A stretch of DNA of 64,000 bases from Basidiobolus meristosporus CBS 931.73 (Eukaryota > Fungi > Basidiobolomycota), in the NCBI GenBank assembly GCA_002104905.1, contig MCFE01000217.1:60918-124917 (forward strand), in the 5' to 3' direction. Made by a program: the position numbers and the translations under genes. Positions 61,149 through 64,000 of the stretch are shown here, piece by piece; position 1 is the first letter of the stretch, and every line of letters starts with the position of its first letter. The notes under the pieces were generated by a model, which worked only from the letters and a program-made list of their open reading frames with translations, was not told where the DNA came from and did not search any database.

Positions 61149-61230
61149 TGACAAGAGTGGGGTTCGAACCCACGCCTCCGGAGAGACTGCGGCCTAAACG
61201 CAGCGCCTTGGACCACTCGGCCATCTTGCC
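61149..61230 (-). tRNA. tRNA-Leu(UAG): tRNA-Leu(UAG), unit 2
   Basis: Copy of 57514-57595 at +3635. Confidence 0.96.
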
Positions 61231-61710
61231 TCACGCAGGGTGCTTGCTTGGCTCAACGGTCTCATGCTCCTTTCCTCAGGCAGCCTTCTCGGGTTACGAG
61301 CTATGAATGGGCACATCCAATTCTCAATTCCTAGCTAACTTATGCTATCGTTGGGGTTAGGGATATTTAGTGGTAGTACTAGCCACTATGGGATGCGCGC
61401 ACAACAGAGAGCAAACATGACACATTCAATTCAATTCAATTCAATACAATATTAGAACAACGCAAAGCCCGGTGGCTTGGGCTAAGTTGATTAGTGACAA
61501 ATCTCCGCTCTTCTCCTCAAGACATTTCATAGTGATGAATAAGCATCTGCATATTGCCGAGTGCCCACGCTAGAAGGGTTAAGTACATCAAGGTTTGTCT
61601 GAAAGAGGGAATAAAGAAATATATGATCCTAAAGAAAAAGGCTAACCTTCTCTTTTCGAGTGTGCTCATGGATTATTACAAGATATGAGCTAAAGAGATG
61701 CAAAACACAG

Positions 61711-61806
61711 TGCTCCAGGCGGGGATCGAACCCGCGACCTTCGCGTGACTGAAGTATAGAGAGTTACTCTATAAGCACGACGCATTAACCTCCTTGCTAC
61801 TGGAGC
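61711..61806 (-). tRNA. tRNA-Ile(UAU): tRNA-Ile(UAU) variant, unit 2
   Basis: Copy of 58076-58171 at +3635. Confidence 0.85.
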
Positions 61807-62051
61807 CCGTCGTTTACGGCTGATCGTTCTAAATTTCATTATTTTTTATAATGCATTTATCTCATAGATGTCAGCCGGTCTACTTTTTCCAAATGGAATA
61901 TAGTTCTTATGATAGTACCTCACCTCATCCACGTGTTGATAAACATGAGCCGGGATTAGGGTTTCCCAGTAGTACAATGGTAGGTAGCCTACAAATTATT
62001 TATCGAAATATCACATAATCACACAGAATGTTTTGATCTATTTACAAAAAT

Positions 62052-62133
62052 CGACGGCCACAGGATTTGAACCTGTGCGGGCAGAGCCCAACAGATTTCG
62101 AGTCTGTCTCCTTAACCACTCGGACAGACCGTC
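62052..62133 (-). tRNA. tRNA-Ser(CGA): tRNA-Ser(CGA) second copy, unit 2
   Basis: Copy of 58417-58498 at +3635. Confidence 0.96.
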
Positions 62134-62336
62134 ATACGGGAATCGGAGCAGATTTTAGAGACAACACTTCCATGGTGTAATGCATACAAGTGTAGTCAAA
62201 GCAAATAGCCTTGATGGCCACGAGAAAATAAAAGATACTTTCCCCATTCGCTAGGCAAGCTCCAAACCATTGAAAATAGTTTACTGGTCAAGTCTAGCTA
62301 CTAGGTTAAAAAGTATGGATAATACTTAAAAAGTGT

Positions 62337-62418
62337 TGACAAGAGTGGGGTTCGAACCCACGCCTCCGGAGAGACTGCGGCCTAAACGCAGCGCCTTGGA
62401 CCACTCGGCCATCTTGCC
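62337..62418 (-). tRNA. tRNA-Leu(UAG): tRNA-Leu(UAG) second copy, unit 2
   Basis: Copy of 58702-58783 at +3635. Confidence 0.96.
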
Positions 62419-62954
62419 ATGTCTTTTCTCCAGGTACACAGTACGCTAGGGATATAGCTGAAATTAGTGGTATTAGTAGTATTACACCTGCTATCCGACA
62501 CTAAATCAAAGCCACTTCCAGACATGAATGCATACTACCATCATTGAAGGTGACCAAAATCCTGGGTGCCTATTACATATCAATGAATATGATGAGGAAA
62601 CCTCGTTAGACTCGGCTATATGCTATTCCTGTATAATCAGAAGCTAAAAGGACATGCTCCTCCACTGATCAACAATGTTCTTGAGCTGCAGGCAAATGCT
62701 TCTTTTTTATGGGAGTAGGTTGCCAGTAATTGAGTGTTGATTTGGCAAAAATGAACATTCACTACAACAACAGCTAGGATGTGAACATACGGCCTTCCTA
62801 CTAGGAGGGGGTGCGATATCAACCAAGCTATCAAAATTCCGGAGACTCCATCCGCTGAAGTGTTTACTTGGCCCGCGGTTTGCTAATATGGAGGTTAAAC
62901 AAACCCTGCACCAAGCCAAAAAAATATACAAAGCTTGATTTAGCATAAAATGAG

Positions 62955-63050
62955 TGCTCCAGGCGGGGATCGAACCCGCGACCTTCGCGTGACTCAAGTA
63001 TAGAGAGTTACTCTATAAGCACGACGCATTAACCACTTTGCTACTGGAGC
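62955..63050 (-). tRNA. tRNA-Ile(UAU): tRNA-Ile(UAU) with intron, unit 3
   Basis: Copy of 55685-55780 at +7270. Confidence 0.95.
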
Positions 63051-63406
63051 GTCTTGGTCTAATGCTTCTATGGGTTGAAATGATACCTACCCAAAACTTC
63101 CAAGCTCAAATATTAGTTGAGTATTTACACACCTCAAGGGTAAGTGTGTACCAAGATATCGATCTAAGGTGAGCCTCAACAAATAGACAACTTTCTATTC
63201 AAAGGGCACTACGTCAGGCTCATTTAGCTATTCAGTGTAGCATGCCATGCCTATGGAATGAGTAGGACTAGGTTGGTGATTAAAATTACACACCAACTGA
63301 TAGACACATATAATTAAATTGGTAGCTGAAATCTGAGCCTAATGGTAAGTGTCTGTGTGAAGTAGAGTTAAACCAGCAACATCTGGATGAGAAGCTGAGT
63401 TTAAAA

Positions 63407-63477
63407 TGCATACTCGGGGAATCGAACCCCGGTCTACCGCGTGGCAGGCGGTAATTATACCACTAAACCAAGTATGC
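63407..63477 (-). tRNA. tRNA-Gly(GCC): tRNA-Gly(GCC), unit 3
   Basis: Copy of 56137-56207 at +7270. Confidence 0.96.
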
Positions 63478-64000
63478 AACTGTGAACAACTTATCTCTTA
63501 AGGAACTCATTATCCCATATATTAAACAGCCGTATAGACAGCACTACAACACCCCATGAATTCAAGGCAGGAAAAACCGATTATTTGTGTAATGGATAAT
63601 GACGATTCCTACCCCCTACGTACGAGTGAATCTAATATTCCACTTGTATATGCGGCAGATTGGCCCGCCGAGTTCATTTTTCATGGAGACAGGCCCAGAG
63701 AGATTAGAACAGACTCGTAGCTGAGAGGGGGTATTTTGGTAGGATTTAGGTGGTGTGAGGGGGACCGATGAGATCACCAGAGACACGCCAACAATAACGA
63801 CACACACACATAGCATACATGACCAGGCCAATAGTTTAGTTGCGAGGGCGGGATGGGAGTGTGGCAAGTTCGTGGTTCAAATCCGACCCCCTCGTTAGGA
63901 TTAGAAGAATCGGCAGTAAAATGAGCGGGTTATGCAGAAATTTTGCGCCAGAAAGAATGGGGGATCCGCGACGGATAAGGGAGAGAAAATGGGAAATTTC

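Larger units (their letters stand above)
55134..64000. repeat. Tandem tRNA-gene array, 3,635-bp unit, about 2.44 units in the window, continuing past the end
   Basis: Every feature and ORF recurs at +3635 and +7270 (e.g. 55367, 59002, 62637). I found no differences by eye; even the G11 tract is the same length. Confidence 0.98.

Noticed and set aside
55367-63867. Repeated short ORFs in the array (MSHAKVAGSIP..., MGSARTGSNP..., MAEWSKALRLG...)
   Set aside because: They are translations across tRNA genes or spacers, use non-ATG or arbitrary starts, and show no protein motifs.
55134-64000. CRISPR-like reading of recurring tRNA sequences with unique spacers
   Set aside because: The repeats are full 71-96-nt tRNA genes, the spacers are hundreds of bp, there are no cas genes, and the context is eukaryotic.

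Overview
Eukaryotic, most likely fungal, genomic DNA. GT-AG introns with CTAAC-like branch sites and an intron-containing tRNA-Ile(UAU) point to a fungus; an early-diverging lineage is my inference from gene content. The window has three sharply different zones. (1) 1-33.0 kb is an AT-rich, almost CpG-free field of nested dead transposons: Ty3/gypsy relics including a chromovirus, at least three copies of one Ty1/copia family, several solo LTRs with target-site duplications, and CMC/CACTA DNA transposons with CCCTA termini and a divergent second ORF, two of them inverted. (2) 33.3-54.7 kb is CpG-normal and has four recognisable host genes: an animal-type RECQL4 with an N-terminal Sld2 domain, a bZIP factor, a secreted GPI-anchored plant-type LRR protein with one repeat per 72-nt exon, and a winged-helix plus double KilA-N/APSES protein. 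(3) From 55,134 to the window end is a tandem array of apparently identical 3,635-bp units. Each unit carries seven minus-strand tRNA genes (Ile-UAU, Gly-GCC, Ser-CGA, Leu-UAG, Ile-UAU variant, Ser-CGA, Leu-UAG). The array begins at a breakpoint inside a tRNA-Leu gene. This tRNA-gene satellite is the most unusual feature. All homology calls come from motif recognition by eye; no searches were run.
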